Shown here in pieces: positions 31,110 to 41,576 of a stretch of 64,000 bases of DNA (positions are counted from its first letter, which is position 1; each line of letters opens with the position of its first letter). Source of the stretch: an uncultured Bacilli bacterium (GTDB taxonomy: Bacteria > Bacillota_I > Bacilli_A > RF39 > UBA660); NCBI GenBank assembly GCA_947626425.1, contig CANQRX010000001.1, positions 6,528 through 70,527 on the forward strand, read 5' to 3'. The translations under genes were made by a program, and so were the position numbers. Under the pieces are notes generated by a model. It searched no databases. It was not told the origin of the DNA and saw nothing but the letters and a program-made list of their open reading frames with translations.

Positions 31110-31589
31110 TTAAGTAGTTTTCTTTGCTTTTAATTTCTTTTTTAAAAGATTCTTTTTACAACTATTAAAACACAACTCCAAATCTTTTAATGAATCATCT
31201 GACATACATTTTAATTCTTTTAAAAATTCTACTAAATCTTGGGCTGTATCTTTAAAAAATAATTTTACTATACTTAACAAATAAAGTTCCATTTTTGAAA
31301 AATTATTAGCATTAGGATAATATAAATATTGATACGCATTTTCAAAATTTATTTCATAATAAAAGCCTTGTCTTAAATTAACTCTTTGCACACATACCGG
31401 ACTATTATTTTTTAAATCATAGTTGACAACTATATCAACAAAATTTTCTTTGCCAACAGTCTTATTTTTAATAGGTTTTAATTTATTAGAAACATAATAA
31501 TCTACAAAGAGTTTTTCATTAAAAAATAAATGAATATGGTTTCCAAGTTGTTCTTGCATAATACCTCCTTTCCAAGATGATTTAATCAT
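31110..31589 (-). CDS. hypothetical protein
   Basis: 159-aa ORF, Lys-rich C-terminus; no motif. Confidence 0.35.
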   Translation of the reverse strand: MIKSSWKGGIMQEQLGNHIHLFFNEKLFVDYYVSNKLKPIKNKTVGKENFVDIVVNYDLKNNSPVCVQRVNLRQGFYYEINFENAYQYLYYPNANNFSKMELYLLSIVKLFFKDTAQDLVEFLKELKCMSDDSLKDLELCFNSCKKNLLKKKLKAKKTT

Positions 31590-31803
31590 AAAGTTTCCTA
31601 TAGTTCAAATAACTAATTTTCTTTATCTCTTTAGTTTTTATCCTTAAAATTTTAAATTGGCCTAACCAAAATTTTTAATATCATTAAAATTAGCAATTCA
31701 TTTTACTAAAATATATTATCTTTTAAAATGTTTATAACATATTTACAAAAATCCCATACAAAAAAAGCCCTAAATTAGGACTTTTCAAAAACATTGAAAC
31801 ATA

Positions 31804-32220
31804 TTAACGTTTACTAAATTGAGGGGCACGACGAGCTTTTTTAAGACCATATTTCTTACGTTCTTTTACACGTGGATCTCTAGTAATCATTCCAGCTGGT
31901 TTTAAAATTTTTCTATATGCTGTATCACTTGTTTGATCAGTATTACTATCAAATTTCAATAAAGCTCTTGCAATACCTAAACGAATTGCTCCAGCTTGAC
32001 CAGCATATCCGCCTCCTTTAACATTAACTGTAATATCAAAACGATTTTCATTGTTAGTTAAAGTTAAAGGTTGTTTTAAATCTAAAACTAAAATTGCATC
32101 TGGCATATACTCATTAACATCTACACCATTAACTGTAATATTTCCTGTCCCACTTGTAAGAGTAACCTGCGCAACAGCTCTTTTTCTTCTTCCTGTTGCC
32201 GTCCATACTAATTTTGCCAT
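31804..32220 (-). CDS. rpsI: 30S ribosomal protein S9
   Basis: C-terminal [19 protein letters not shown]...[12 protein letters not shown]. Confidence 0.9.
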   Translation of the reverse strand: MAKLVWTATGRRKRAVAQVTLTSGTGNITVNGVDVNEYMPDAILVLDLKQPLTLTNNENRFDITVNVKGGGYAGQAGAIRLGIARALLKFDSNTDQTSDTAYRKILKPAGMITRDPRVKERKKYGLKKARRAPQFSKR

Positions 32221-32230
32221 AACTAACCTC

Positions 32231-32662
32231 CTAATCTACCTTTAGTTCAATAGGTTTTTGAGCTTCATGTTTATGATTGGCATCTCTATAAACAAATAAC
32301 TTTTTACCCATTGCTCGGCCTAATGGTCCATGTGGAAGCATACCCTTAACTGCTCGTTCCATCATTTCTTCTGGATAACTTTCGATCATAACTTTGGCAT
32401 TTCTTTCTCTAAGTCCACCTGGGTATCCACTATGATTATAATACATCTTATCTTGAAGCTTATTTCCTGTTAATTTAACTTTATCAGCATTCACAATTAT
32501 AACATAATCTCCACAATCAACACTAGGAGTATAAGTAGCTTTATGTTTTCCCCTTAAAACACTAGCAGCCTTTGAAGCAACACGACCTAATGGAATATCA
32601 GTCGCATCAATCACATACCATACACGTTCAACGTTTTCTTTTGTTTGCATAAATGTTTTCAT
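32231..32662 (-). CDS. rplM: 50S ribosomal protein L13
   Basis: WYVIDA...LGRVAS start typical of L13; 143 aa. Confidence 0.9.
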   Translation of the reverse strand: MKTFMQTKENVERVWYVIDATDIPLGRVASKAASVLRGKHKATYTPSVDCGDYVIIVNADKVKLTGNKLQDKMYYNHSGYPGGLRERNAKVMIESYPEEMMERAVKGMLPHGPLGRAMGKKLFVYRDANHKHEAQKPIELKVD

Positions 32663-32749
32663 AAATATTTCCTTTCATTAACTTCTTTTAGATTATTTTG
32701 CTTTCCCAAGGCAAAAAACCATCAAGATAAATAAAATGTACCATTAAAA

Positions 32750-32778
32750 ATTATATTCGATTGAACCTCCCTTGTCAA
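32750..32778 (-). promoter_or_regulatory. consensus sigma-A promoter of rplM-rpsI (TTGACA-17-TATAAT), ~80-nt leader
   Basis: Minus strand: TTGACA (32778-32773), 17-nt spacer AGGGAGGTTCAATCGAA, TATAAT (32755-32750); the leader contains a small hairpin (possible L13 autoregulatory leader). Confidence 0.55.
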
Positions 32779-32894
32779 ATACTTTTTTTCGAAGTCCTAG
32801 CCTAAATACACTAAAAAACAAAAAAAGAACTAAAAAACAGCTAAATAAACCAATTTTTAATCCTTATTTAATAAAATATTTTTCAATTTTAACT

Positions 32895-33554
32895 TTATTT
32901 ACGAATTAAACTTAATTCTTTATCTTCTTTTTGCTTTCTTTCTTCATTTAATTTTCTTATTAAAAATTCATAACAATACGAAGCATATTTTTCCCAAGGC
33001 CATTGTTCTTTTAATGCTACCTGCGTTATTTCATTAGCCGAAGAAAACTCTTCAATTTCTTCTTCATTAACATCAACTAAAGAAGCAAATACAAACTCTC
33101 TTTTCTTTGGTCCTAAACTTTTATTTAACAAATCAATCTCCCTAATTATTGTATAAAAAGATTTAATATCCAAATCTGTAAAACTTTTCTCGGCTGTTAA
33201 ACATTTTATTATTTCTTGATATATTGCATAATATTCAATGTATTTTTCATAAAATTGAGAGTTGATAACATAAATTGCATCATCTTTTAAACCAGCATAA
33301 TCATAGTTAGCTATGGAAAGTATTTTATCATATAACGATGTACACATGAGCCAATAATTTACTTTTGTTCTTCGTAATTCCCAAGCTTTTTTATATCTTT
33401 CTTTTACATATTCATCGACAACTTCGTCATATTGCAAACATTGTTGATACAAAACATTTTCAACAACAAACAAATTATATGTATTTTGACGATCAATATT
33501 AACTTCTTCTAATTTCTCTTCAATTTTTCTTTTTTGACTACTTAATATCCACAT
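32895..33554 (-). CDS. hypothetical protein
   Basis: 219-aa ORF; no motif. Confidence 0.4.
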   Translation of the reverse strand: MWILSSQKRKIEEKLEEVNIDRQNTYNLFVVENVLYQQCLQYDEVVDEYVKERYKKAWELRRTKVNYWLMCTSLYDKILSIANYDYAGLKDDAIYVINSQFYEKYIEYYAIYQEIIKCLTAEKSFTDLDIKSFYTIIREIDLLNKSLGPKKREFVFASLVDVNEEEIEEFSSANEITQVALKEQWPWEKYASYCYEFLIRKLNEERKQKEDKELSLIRK

Positions 33555-33645
33555 TTTTTCTTTCCCTTTCTAATTTAATAAATGTTAGTATAGCAAAAAA
33601 TAATAAAATTTCAAGAAAAAAGAAGTTGATAACTTATTTAAAATA

Positions 33646-34146
33646 TTAAAGCTCAATCTTCCTAACAAATAACATGGTCAAAAATTTCAAAAATTTATTT
33701 TCCCATCCATCGAATGCTTTATCTTTCATTAAAATAATCATTCCTAAACAATCAGTCGAAACAATAATTGGTTTCATTAAAAAATAGCCTGTTAAACCTA
33801 AAAAACTTTCTTCTTGCTTAGAAGCATATTCTTCTCGTTCATTCATTAAATGGTCAATTTCTGATGAAAGATTATTATCATAATTTTTAACACTCGCCGA
33901 AACGACTTTATCGCGATCAACAATTATAGCATTTATTCCTAAACAATCCCCAATTTCTGTAACTAAAACATCACCTAATTTTTTTAAATCTAAAATTTTC
34001 GAATACTTCTGTAAATAAACACCATTTTCATCAACAAAAATTTCTAAATTTTCGCCATCTTTAATACCTAAATTTCTTCTTATTTCTTTTGGCAAAACAA
34101 TTCTTCCTAACTCGTCAATTTTTCTTACAACACCAGTTTGTTTCAT
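33646..34146 (-). CDS. spoVT: stage V sporulation protein T (AbrB-type DNA-binding + GAF domain)
   Basis: MKQTGVVRKIDELGRIVLPKEIRRNLGI swapped-hairpin AbrB domain; ~170 aa; directly upstream of mfd as in Bacillus. Confidence 0.8.
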   Translation of the reverse strand: MKQTGVVRKIDELGRIVLPKEIRRNLGIKDGENLEIFVDENGVYLQKYSKILDLKKLGDVLVTEIGDCLGINAIIVDRDKVVSASVKNYDNNLSSEIDHLMNEREEYASKQEESFLGLTGYFLMKPIIVSTDCLGMIILMKDKAFDGWENKFLKFLTMLFVRKIEL

Positions 34147-34196
34147 AAAAAAAGGTTCACTCCTATCCACCTTTAGTCTGCGTAAACCTTTTAAAA

Positions 34197-37100
34197 TTAT
34201 ACTTCTAAATCTTCTTTAATTTTATTTAATAATGGCACCATATAATACAAAAAATGTTTTTCTAATTTTAACAACGGCAATTTTATTAATATTTCATTAT
34301 TAACAAACGAAATATTGAAATTAATATTTATATTATAAGCTTCCAAAAATAATTTATCACCTTTAACTTTTAAAGAAATTTCTCTAGGCAAATAAATCAT
34401 AACGTATTGTTGATTTTGAACAATTTTGGTAATTTGTAATGATTGAGCTATTTTTTCAAACCATTCTTCATACATATAAACGTCTAATTCTTTTGGTAAA
34501 GTACCAAAACGGTCAATTAGTTCAGCTTTAACATCCAATAACTTCTTTTCGCTATCAATTTCATTAATTCGTTGATGAATAGCAATTTTAATATCTTCAT
34601 CAGAAACATAAGAATCATCAATATGCGTTTGCACTTTAATAAGCGGATTACTATTATCGGTCGTTTCTTCTTCCACAAACTCACCCTTTAATTTTTTCAT
34701 TTCTTCCTCAACCATTTTCATATATAAATTAATTCCCACACTGTCCACAAAACCAGCCTGTTCACTTCCTAATAAATCGCCAGCTCCCCGAATGGATAAA
34801 TCACGCATCGCAATTTTATACCCACTTCCTAATTCGGTAAAATCTCTAATAGCATTTAACCTTTTAACGGCAATATCATTTAACATCTTATCTTTATGAT
34901 ACATAAAATAGGCATAAGCTATTCGATCACTTCGACCAACTCGACCACGAAGCTGATATAACTGACTTAAACCAAACCGGTCAGCATCATAAATAATCAA
35001 AGTATTAGCATTAGGAATATCAATACCCGTTTCAATAATAGTCGTGCTAATTAGTAAATCAAACTCATGATTAATAAAATCATCCATAATATTTTCAAGA
35101 TCCGCCTTTGTCATTCGACCATGAGCAAACCTTATCCGAGCTTCCGGAATTAATCTTTTTAATTCAAACATTTTTTCTTCAATAGTTTCAACCCGATTAT
35201 ACAACAAGAAAACTTGACCATCCCTTGCTAATTCTTTATAAATTGCATCTTTAATTATTAAATCATTTTCCGCGATTACGTAAGTTTGAACTGGATAACG
35301 ATTAACAGGAGGTGTATCGATAATCGATAAATCCCTTAAACCTGACAAAGCCATCTTTAAAGTTCGTGGGATAGGTGTCGCCGATAAAGTCAAAACATTA
35401 ACATCATTTTTATATTGTTTAATCTTTTCCTTATGCGTTACTCCAAACCGTTGCTCCTCATCAATTATTAAAAGTCCCAATCTTTTGAACTTAACATCAT
35501 TACTTAACAAACGATGCGTTCCAAAAACTAAATCAATTTTTCCCGAACTTAAATCTTCTAAAATTCGTTTTGTTTCTTTATATGAAGTAAACCGATTTAA
35601 TAAAGCAATTTCAATCGGATAATTTTTAAATCTTTCTAAAGCTGATTCATATTGTTGCTTTGATAAAATAGTGGTCGGACACAAATAAAAAACTTGTTTA
35701 TTATTTAAAATCGTTTTGAAAATTCCTCGAAAAGCTACTTCCGTTTTACCAAACCCAACATCTCCACAAAGTAATCGATCCATTGGCACTTCACTATCTA
35801 AATCTTTAGCAATATCATCAATCGCTCTTAATTGGTCTTTCGTTTCTTCATAAGGAAAATACGAAGCAAAAACATCTTCTTCGGGATAATCAATATAAGC
35901 ATCCGACTTAACCGTTTTTCGTTCAGCATATAATTTAATCAATTCTCCTGAAATATCTTTAATTTTCTTTTGAATACTTCTTTTCTTCTTTAACCATGCC
36001 GTTGAACCCAATTTATTAATTTGGGGTTTCATTCCATCTTTATCACTATATTTGTAAATAATATCAATTTTTTCCACTGGAACATAAATTTTATCATTGC
36101 CTTGATAATTAATTTGTAGATAATCTTTTTTCAAACCATTAGTTTCTAAAGCAACAACTCCATAATAAATCCCAATCCCATGACTTGCATGAACCACATA
36201 ATCACCAGGTTGCAAAGCATTTAAAGAATGAATCTTCCGACCTATCTTTAAATTGTTTTTATACTTAATCTCCTTTTGGATATCTTCAATATCAAACTCA
36301 CTAATAAAAACATAATCACCAAAAATAAAACCATGATTAATTTTATAAGACCAAATGTTGATAACATTATTTATAAAATTTTCTTCACGCACCAAATGGA
36401 CCTTCTGGGCAAATAATTCTTTAATCACTTTAATTTCTGATTGCCTTGATAACGCAAAAACAACCGTTTTATGATGATATAAGAATCCTTCTACCACTTC
36501 TTTTAACTTTTCATAATGTCCATGAAATAAATCCATTTCTTTACTAACATACTTTTTAACATTTTTCTTATTTAAATCAGTCGCAATCGTATTTATATAC
36601 AAAGTTTTTTTCGGATGTAATTCTTCCCACTCAAAAAAGTATTTAGTTCCAACTTTATCTTCGCGTTCATTATAAGCCACCATCTCCGCAAATAACTTGT
36701 TATAACCAACTTGTACTTGTTGATTATTAAAAATAATCACTGTCGCTTCAGGCATATAATCTAGTAAAGAACTTACATCATTAGTTATAATTTCATCAAT
36801 AACTTTGATATTAACTTCTTCGACTGCTAAAATGGTCCGTTGACTTTCTTCATCAAAATAACGGATCGACTCAATATTATCACCAAAAAATTCAATTCTT
36901 ATAGGATGATCACTTTGGATAGGAAAAATATCCAAGACAAAACCACGAACCGCATACTCACCGGTCGTTGTAACTAAAGAATCACGATGGTACCCAAACT
37001 TTTCTAATGTTTCCAAAATTATTTCCCGGGAAATATTTTGGTCTTTTTTTAAGATTAAATTACTACTCATTTTATCTTTGACACTTGGATTGTATTTTAA

Positions 37101-37433
37101 GTAACCCATTAAATTCGTCACAACAATCTGCTTACCGTCTTTTATCTTTTCTAAAGTTTCCAGTCTTTTTAATTTTAACTCAGGTGAAGTTGCTACTGCT
37201 ACACTTGTTAAAAAATCATCCATTGGAAAAAATAAAACATTTTCTGTATGAGTTTGCAAAAAATTATAAAGCTGATTAGCTTCATAAAGAGTATTAGCTA
37301 AAACTATCACGCTTTTATCTTGAGTTTTAAAATAATTTAAAACATAAAAAATAGTCAATTCATTTGTTAAACCTTCGACTATAACTCCATCTTCATACGT
37401 AAATGTTTGGAAAATTTCATTCATCACAATCAC
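34197..37433 (-). CDS. mfd: transcription-repair coupling factor Mfd
   Basis: 1078 aa; helicase motifs LLCGDVGFGKTEVA, DEEQRFGV and TATPIPRT. Confidence 0.9.
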   Translation of the reverse strand: MIVMNEIFQTFTYEDGVIVEGLTNELTIFYVLNYFKTQDKSVIVLANTLYEANQLYNFLQTHTENVLFFPMDDFLTSVAVATSPELKLKRLETLEKIKDGKQIVVTNLMGYLKYNPSVKDKMSSNLILKKDQNISREIILETLEKFGYHRDSLVTTTGEYAVRGFVLDIFPIQSDHPIRIEFFGDNIESIRYFDEESQRTILAVEEVNIKVIDEIITNDVSSLLDYMPEATVIIFNNQQVQVGYNKLFAEMVAYNEREDKVGTKYFFEWEELHPKKTLYINTIATDLNKKNVKKYVSKEMDLFHGHYEKLKEVVEGFLYHHKTVVFALSRQSEIKVIKELFAQKVHLVREENFINNVINIWSYKINHGFIFGDYVFISEFDIEDIQKEIKYKNNLKIGRKIHSLNALQPGDYVVHASHGIGIYYGVVALETNGLKKDYLQINYQGNDKIYVPVEKIDIIYKYSDKDGMKPQINKLGSTAWLKKKRSIQKKIKDISGELIKLYAERKTVKSDAYIDYPEEDVFASYFPYEETKDQLRAIDDIAKDLDSEVPMDRLLCGDVGFGKTEVAFRGIFKTILNNKQVFYLCPTTILSKQQYESALERFKNYPIEIALLNRFTSYKETKRILEDLSSGKIDLVFGTHRLLSNDVKFKRLGLLIIDEEQRFGVTHKEKIKQYKNDVNVLTLSATPIPRTLKMALSGLRDLSIIDTPPVNRYPVQTYVIAENDLIIKDAIYKELARDGQVFLLYNRVETIEEKMFELKRLIPEARIRFAHGRMTKADLENIMDDFINHEFDLLISTTIIETGIDIPNANTLIIYDADRFGLSQLYQLRGRVGRSDRIAYAYFMYHKDKMLNDIAVKRLNAIRDFTELGSGYKIAMRDLSIRGAGDLLGSEQAGFVDSVGINLYMKMVEEEMKKLKGEFVEEETTDNSNPLIKVQTHIDDSYVSDEDIKIAIHQRINEIDSEKKLLDVKAELIDRFGTLPKELDVYMYEEWFEKIAQSLQITKIVQNQQYVMIYLPREISLKVKGDKLFLEAYNININFNISFVNNEILIKLPLLKLEKHFLYYMVPLLNKIKEDLEV

Positions 37434-37981
37434 CTTTTCTTACTGAATTTTTGCAAAGTATCTTCAGTTCCATATTTTACAAAATTATAAATTATTTGTT
37501 GATAAGTAGATAAGTTTGAATTTATAGTTTCCAATTCACCTTTACTAAACTTACCTAAAACCCAATCAATCGTATCTCCTCTTGATTTACCAATCCCAAC
37601 TTTTAAACGTAAAAAACTTTCCGTTTGCAAAGATGCAATAATTGATTTAATACCATTGTGACCACCTGATGAACTATTCCGTTTTAATTTATAACTACCT
37701 AAAGGTAAATCCATATCATCTTGAATTACTAATATATCTTGAGGATCAATATGATAAAAATTAACAACTTTTGCAACACTTATTCCTGATAAATTCATCA
37801 TTGTTATGGGTTTTATTAACAAATATTTTTCATGTTCATAACTATCTTCACCAATATAAGCTTGAAATTTTTTTTCTAAATGAAAGTTATTATAAAAACT
37901 ATCGACTACCATAAAACCAATATTATGACGGGTTTTATCATATTCTTTTCCAACATTTCCTAAAGCAACAATTAATTTCAT
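37430..37981 (-). CDS. pth: peptidyl-tRNA hydrolase
   Basis: MKLIVALGNVGKEYDKTRHNIGF. Confidence 0.9.
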   Translation of the reverse strand: MKLIVALGNVGKEYDKTRHNIGFMVVDSFYNNFHLEKKFQAYIGEDSYEHEKYLLIKPITMMNLSGISVAKVVNFYHIDPQDILVIQDDMDLPLGSYKLKRNSSSGGHNGIKSIIASLQTESFLRLKVGIGKSRGDTIDWVLGKFSKGELETINSNLSTYQQIIYNFVKYGTEDTLQKFSKKR

Positions 37982-38703
37982 TTTTCTTCACTTCTTTCTT
38001 TAAATAAATTTTGATAAGTATCAACTTTACTAATATTTATATTTGGCAAAACTTTCGTTCCCATTCTTCCGTTTTTTGTAAACATACATAAAACAATTTT
38101 CGCATTTTCATTATCTTTTGAATAAATAAATTGAATCTTTTTTAAAAACAAATGATTTTCATGAGCATAAATGACGATTTCCGATAATCTTTCAGGTAAA
38201 TGCACCAAATAAAAGCGCCCTTTATTTTTTAACATCGCACCTGCTATTTTAAAAACAGTTGCCAAATTAATATATATTTCATGACGCGCGATTTTTTTCA
38301 GTTCACAATCATTCACGTGATTTTCATTATGATAAGGAAAATAAGGTGGATTACATAAAATAACATCAAAACTTTCCCGTGGAAAATGTTTATCAATATT
38401 TTTAACATCATCGCAAATAAATTCGGCCAACTCTTCTAATTTATTCAATTTTATTGATTCAACCGCCAAATTATAAATTTCCTTTTGTAATTCTATGCCA
38501 ATTATTTTTTTATGATATTTATAAGCTAAAATAGTCGGAATTACTCCATTTCCTGTACATAAATCTAAAATTCGCTCTTCATTTTTCTTTATTTCGGCAA
38601 ATTCGGCTAGTAAAAGAGAATCCAAAGAAAATTTAAAACCATCTTCAAACTGATATATTTGCAAATTGGGATAATCAAATAACCAATTAAGAGTTTTTTT
38701 CAT
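37978..38703 (-). CDS. tRNA1(Val) (adenine37-N6)-methyltransferase-like SAM MTase (YabB/TrmN6 family)
   Basis: DLCTGNGVIP SAM site and NPPYF catalytic motif; position matches Bacillus yabB. Confidence 0.65.
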   Translation of the reverse strand: MKKTLNWLFDYPNLQIYQFEDGFKFSLDSLLLAEFAEIKKNEERILDLCTGNGVIPTILAYKYHKKIIGIELQKEIYNLAVESIKLNKLEELAEFICDDVKNIDKHFPRESFDVILCNPPYFPYHNENHVNDCELKKIARHEIYINLATVFKIAGAMLKNKGRFYLVHLPERLSEIVIYAHENHLFLKKIQFIYSKDNENAKIVLCMFTKNGRMGTKVLPNINISKVDTYQNLFKERSEEK

Positions 38704-39478
38704 TTTTTAAATTTACTTCCTTTATTTCATTTTGAACTAAAACCTTATATTTTCGTTGTAAAATATCCACACTCATCACTGTTGCAGGTTCTCCCTCATA
38801 CATCACATTATCACCAACATTAGGCATTCCTTTACTACATTCAATATATCCATCTTCTTCATAAGCCAAACAACATAATAAACGACCACAGCAACCATTA
38901 ATTTTGGCAGGATTTAAAGACAAATTTTGATCTTTTGCCATATTTATAGAAACCGTATCCATTTTATTTAAAAACGAAGAACAACACAAAGCGCGTCCAC
39001 ACATACCAACACCACCAACATTAGCGGCCTTATCTCGAGCCCCAATCTGTCTTAATTCAATCCGTGTCCGATATATACCTGCAAGTCTCTTAGCCAATTC
39101 TCGGAAATCAACCCTTTCATCAGCATAAAAATTCAAATATAATTGTTTTCGATCAAACGTAAATTCTCCATTCAAAAAACGCATATCTAAATTTAACTCA
39201 TCACTTATTTCTTGAGCTTTTTTGATAGCTTCATCAACATCTTTACAATTTTTCAAATATTGTTCATAATCCTTTTTAGTAGCAATTCGTAAAATAGGTT
39301 TTAAATCTTCATGAATATCTTTTAATTCATCAGCCGTTAATTTACTGACAGCCTTCCCAAATTGCAAACCCTTATTAGTTTCAACAATAACAGTTACATT
39401 AATCGGAATAACTAAATTACCAGCTTCAAAAAAATATCTTTTACCATTATCTTTAAAGACAACTGCGTATGCATTCAT
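38687..39478 (-). CDS. ricT: PSP1-domain protein RicT/YaaT
   Basis: Cys-rich MCGRALCCSSFL...GCCGRLLCCLAYE; follows holB as in Bacillus. Confidence 0.8.
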   Translation of the reverse strand: MNAYAVVFKDNGKRYFFEAGNLVIPINVTVIVETNKGLQFGKAVSKLTADELKDIHEDLKPILRIATKKDYEQYLKNCKDVDEAIKKAQEISDELNLDMRFLNGEFTFDRKQLYLNFYADERVDFRELAKRLAGIYRTRIELRQIGARDKAANVGGVGMCGRALCCSSFLNKMDTVSINMAKDQNLSLNPAKINGCCGRLLCCLAYEEDGYIECSKGMPNVGDNVMYEGEPATVMSVDILQRKYKVLVQNEIKEVNLKNEKNS

Positions 39479-39481
39479 ACT

Positions 39482-40342
39482 TTAACACCTACTTTCTAAT
39501 ACAAACCTTTCTAAAACTAATTGACCATTGACGTTATACTCTAAACTATCAAGTAATTCTTTAACTAAATTAAGTTTAAAAGATAAATCTTCAACATCTC
39601 TTTTTAATAAAAATTCTATCTCTTTATATTTAATATCCAATTTTCTATTTAAAATTTTAGCTAAATATAATTGTTGATAAGTACTTAATAATTTTTGAAA
39701 AAATAAAGTTAACATTGCTTTATCCGTAATAACTGGCAAAACTTCATTTTTTATAAACAACAAAGTTGCTTCCTTTGCTATTTCACTTTCTTTAATAAAA
39801 GATATTGCCAAATCATCAATTTTGCTATCCATTTGAACATCAATTTCATTATAATAATCTAAAAAAATTTGACACCGACTTCGGATTGTATCAATAACAT
39901 TTTCTTTATTATCAGTTACAAAAAAGCCTATTATATTATCATCTGGTTCTTCCAAAAACTTTAACATTGCATTCGCCGAAGATGAATTAAGTAACTCCGC
40001 ATTTAAAATAACATACATATTATATTTGGAAAATATCGGTTTGGTTTGAAAATTCCGTTTCAATTCTTGAATCTGTTCCCTTTTAATCTGTTGGCCATCA
40101 GGACTAATAATCATTAAAGATGGAATATGTTTAGTTTCAATCAAATGACATAAATTGCAATTAACACAATTGTCGCTATAATTCTCTTCACAATTAATCT
40201 TTTTTAAAAAATTTAAAATTTGCTCCAATGATTTTTCACTATTATTTGATTCAAGCAAAAAAGCATGACCTAACCGCTTGTCATGATACTGACTTTCCAA
40301 TTGTTTAAATACTGTATTTTCATGTGATTGCACATCTCTCAC
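39482..40342 (-). CDS. holB: DNA polymerase III subunit delta-prime
   Basis: N-terminal LGHAFLLES (delta-prime HAYLF-like block) and zinc-module Cys cluster; synteny. Confidence 0.7.
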   Translation of the reverse strand: MRDVQSHENTVFKQLESQYHDKRLGHAFLLESNNSEKSLEQILNFLKKINCEENYSDNCVNCNLCHLIETKHIPSLMIISPDGQQIKREQIQELKRNFQTKPIFSKYNMYVILNAELLNSSSANAMLKFLEEPDDNIIGFFVTDNKENVIDTIRSRCQIFLDYYNEIDVQMDSKIDDLAISFIKESEIAKEATLLFIKNEVLPVITDKAMLTLFFQKLLSTYQQLYLAKILNRKLDIKYKEIEFLLKRDVEDLSFKLNLVKELLDSLEYNVNGQLVLERFVLESRC

Positions 40343-40348
40343 CTAAAT

Positions 40349-40537
40349 TTATTGTACTATAAAAAACATGATAATTAAAGAGGTAAGCCCTGGAAAACCA
40401 AGAAAAGTTGTTAATCCTAAAGTAAAAATATTAATTGGAATATAAATATGTAAGGAACTTATTAAACAGTTTAAACCATACAATAGAAAAAAAGAAACTA
40501 CAATTTTTTTAAAAAATTTAATTAAAGACCTAACCAT
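40349..40537 (-). CDS. bofA: pro-sigma-K processing inhibitor BofA-like membrane protein
   Basis: 62 aa, two TM helices; LHIYIPINIFTLGLTTFLGFPGLTSLIIM resembles B. subtilis BofA (LHVPINLVTTAISGILGIPGIAALVVI); adjacent to recR as in Bacillus. Confidence 0.55.
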   Translation of the reverse strand: MVRSLIKFFKKIVVSFFLLYGLNCLISSLHIYIPINIFTLGLTTFLGFPGLTSLIIMFFIVQ

Positions 40538-40598
40538 TATTCACCATTCCCTTTAAAAAGATAATTCCCTAATTAACCATATGAAAAAAACAAAGAAT

Positions 40599-41204
40599 TT
40601 ATTCAGATATAATTTTTCGATCTTCTAAAGCCCGATCTAAAGTTGCCATATCTAAATAATCAATCTCTGCTCCCATAGGTAAACCATAAGAAAGACGGGA
40701 TATTTTTACCTTCTTATTTTCAAAAATTTTTTTAATATATAAAGTGGTAGTTTCCCCTTCTAATGACGATTTTAAAGCTAATATCAATTCTGGATTTTCT
40801 AAATTTTCCACTCTTTCCACCAACGATTTTAAATTAATATCTTCAACATTAATATCATCGATTGGCGATAGCAAACCATTTAAAACATGATAAGTTCCCT
40901 GATATTTGCCAGCTTTTTCTATTGCAAAAACGCTTTTATAATCTTCAATTACACATATTACATTTTTATCACGATAAGAACTATCACATATATTACAAAT
41001 TTCATTGTTAGTTAAATGCCCACATATTTTGCAAGGCTTTAAAACATTTTTAGCATTTAATATATTTACACTTACACTTTCTAAAAAATCCTCAGGCATT
41101 TCAATTAAAGCAAGCGCCAATCGCTCAGCACTTTTTTCGCCTATTCCTGGTAACTTTTTAAAAAAATCAATAATATGCTCCAATTCTGGTGGATATAATT
41201 TCAT
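40599..41204 (-). CDS. recR: recombination protein RecR
   Basis: HhH LPGIGEKSAERLA, C4 zinc finger CKICGHLTNNEICNIC and Toprim. Confidence 0.9.
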   Translation of the reverse strand: MKLYPPELEHIIDFFKKLPGIGEKSAERLALALIEMPEDFLESVSVNILNAKNVLKPCKICGHLTNNEICNICDSSYRDKNVICVIEDYKSVFAIEKAGKYQGTYHVLNGLLSPIDDINVEDINLKSLVERVENLENPELILALKSSLEGETTTLYIKKIFENKKVKISRLSYGLPMGAEIDYLDMATLDRALEDRKIISE

Positions 41205-41205
41205 C

Positions 41206-41502
41206 TTACATCAATCCATCAAACATTCCAGCATATTGTCCCATTTTATCTTCATATTCTTTATTTACTTTTTCTAAAGCATCTTTCATTGCTAAAACTA
41301 TAAAGTCTTCAAGCATTTCAATATCATCTTCATCTAAACTTTCTTGATTAATTTTACAAGAAACCATATCTTTATTACCGTTTAATTTTACTTCTACCCA
41401 CTCATATTTTCCAACAAATTCTTCTTGGGCTATTTCCTTTTTTTTACTTTCTAAATCACGTTGCATCCTTTGAGCTTGTTGCATCAATTTTTGCATATTC
41501 AT
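41206..41502 (-). CDS. ybaB: nucleoid-associated protein YbaB/EbfC
   Basis: 98 aa; MQQAQRMQRDLE start. Confidence 0.85.
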   Translation of the reverse strand: MNMQKLMQQAQRMQRDLESKKKEIAQEEFVGKYEWVEVKLNGNKDMVSCKINQESLDEDDIEMLEDFIVLAMKDALEKVNKEYEDKMGQYAGMFDGLM

Positions 41503-41576
41503 TTTTAAAAATCTCCACCTTTCGTTATATATAATTTATAAATATACAATTTTATTTTAACGTCTTCATTGACGAT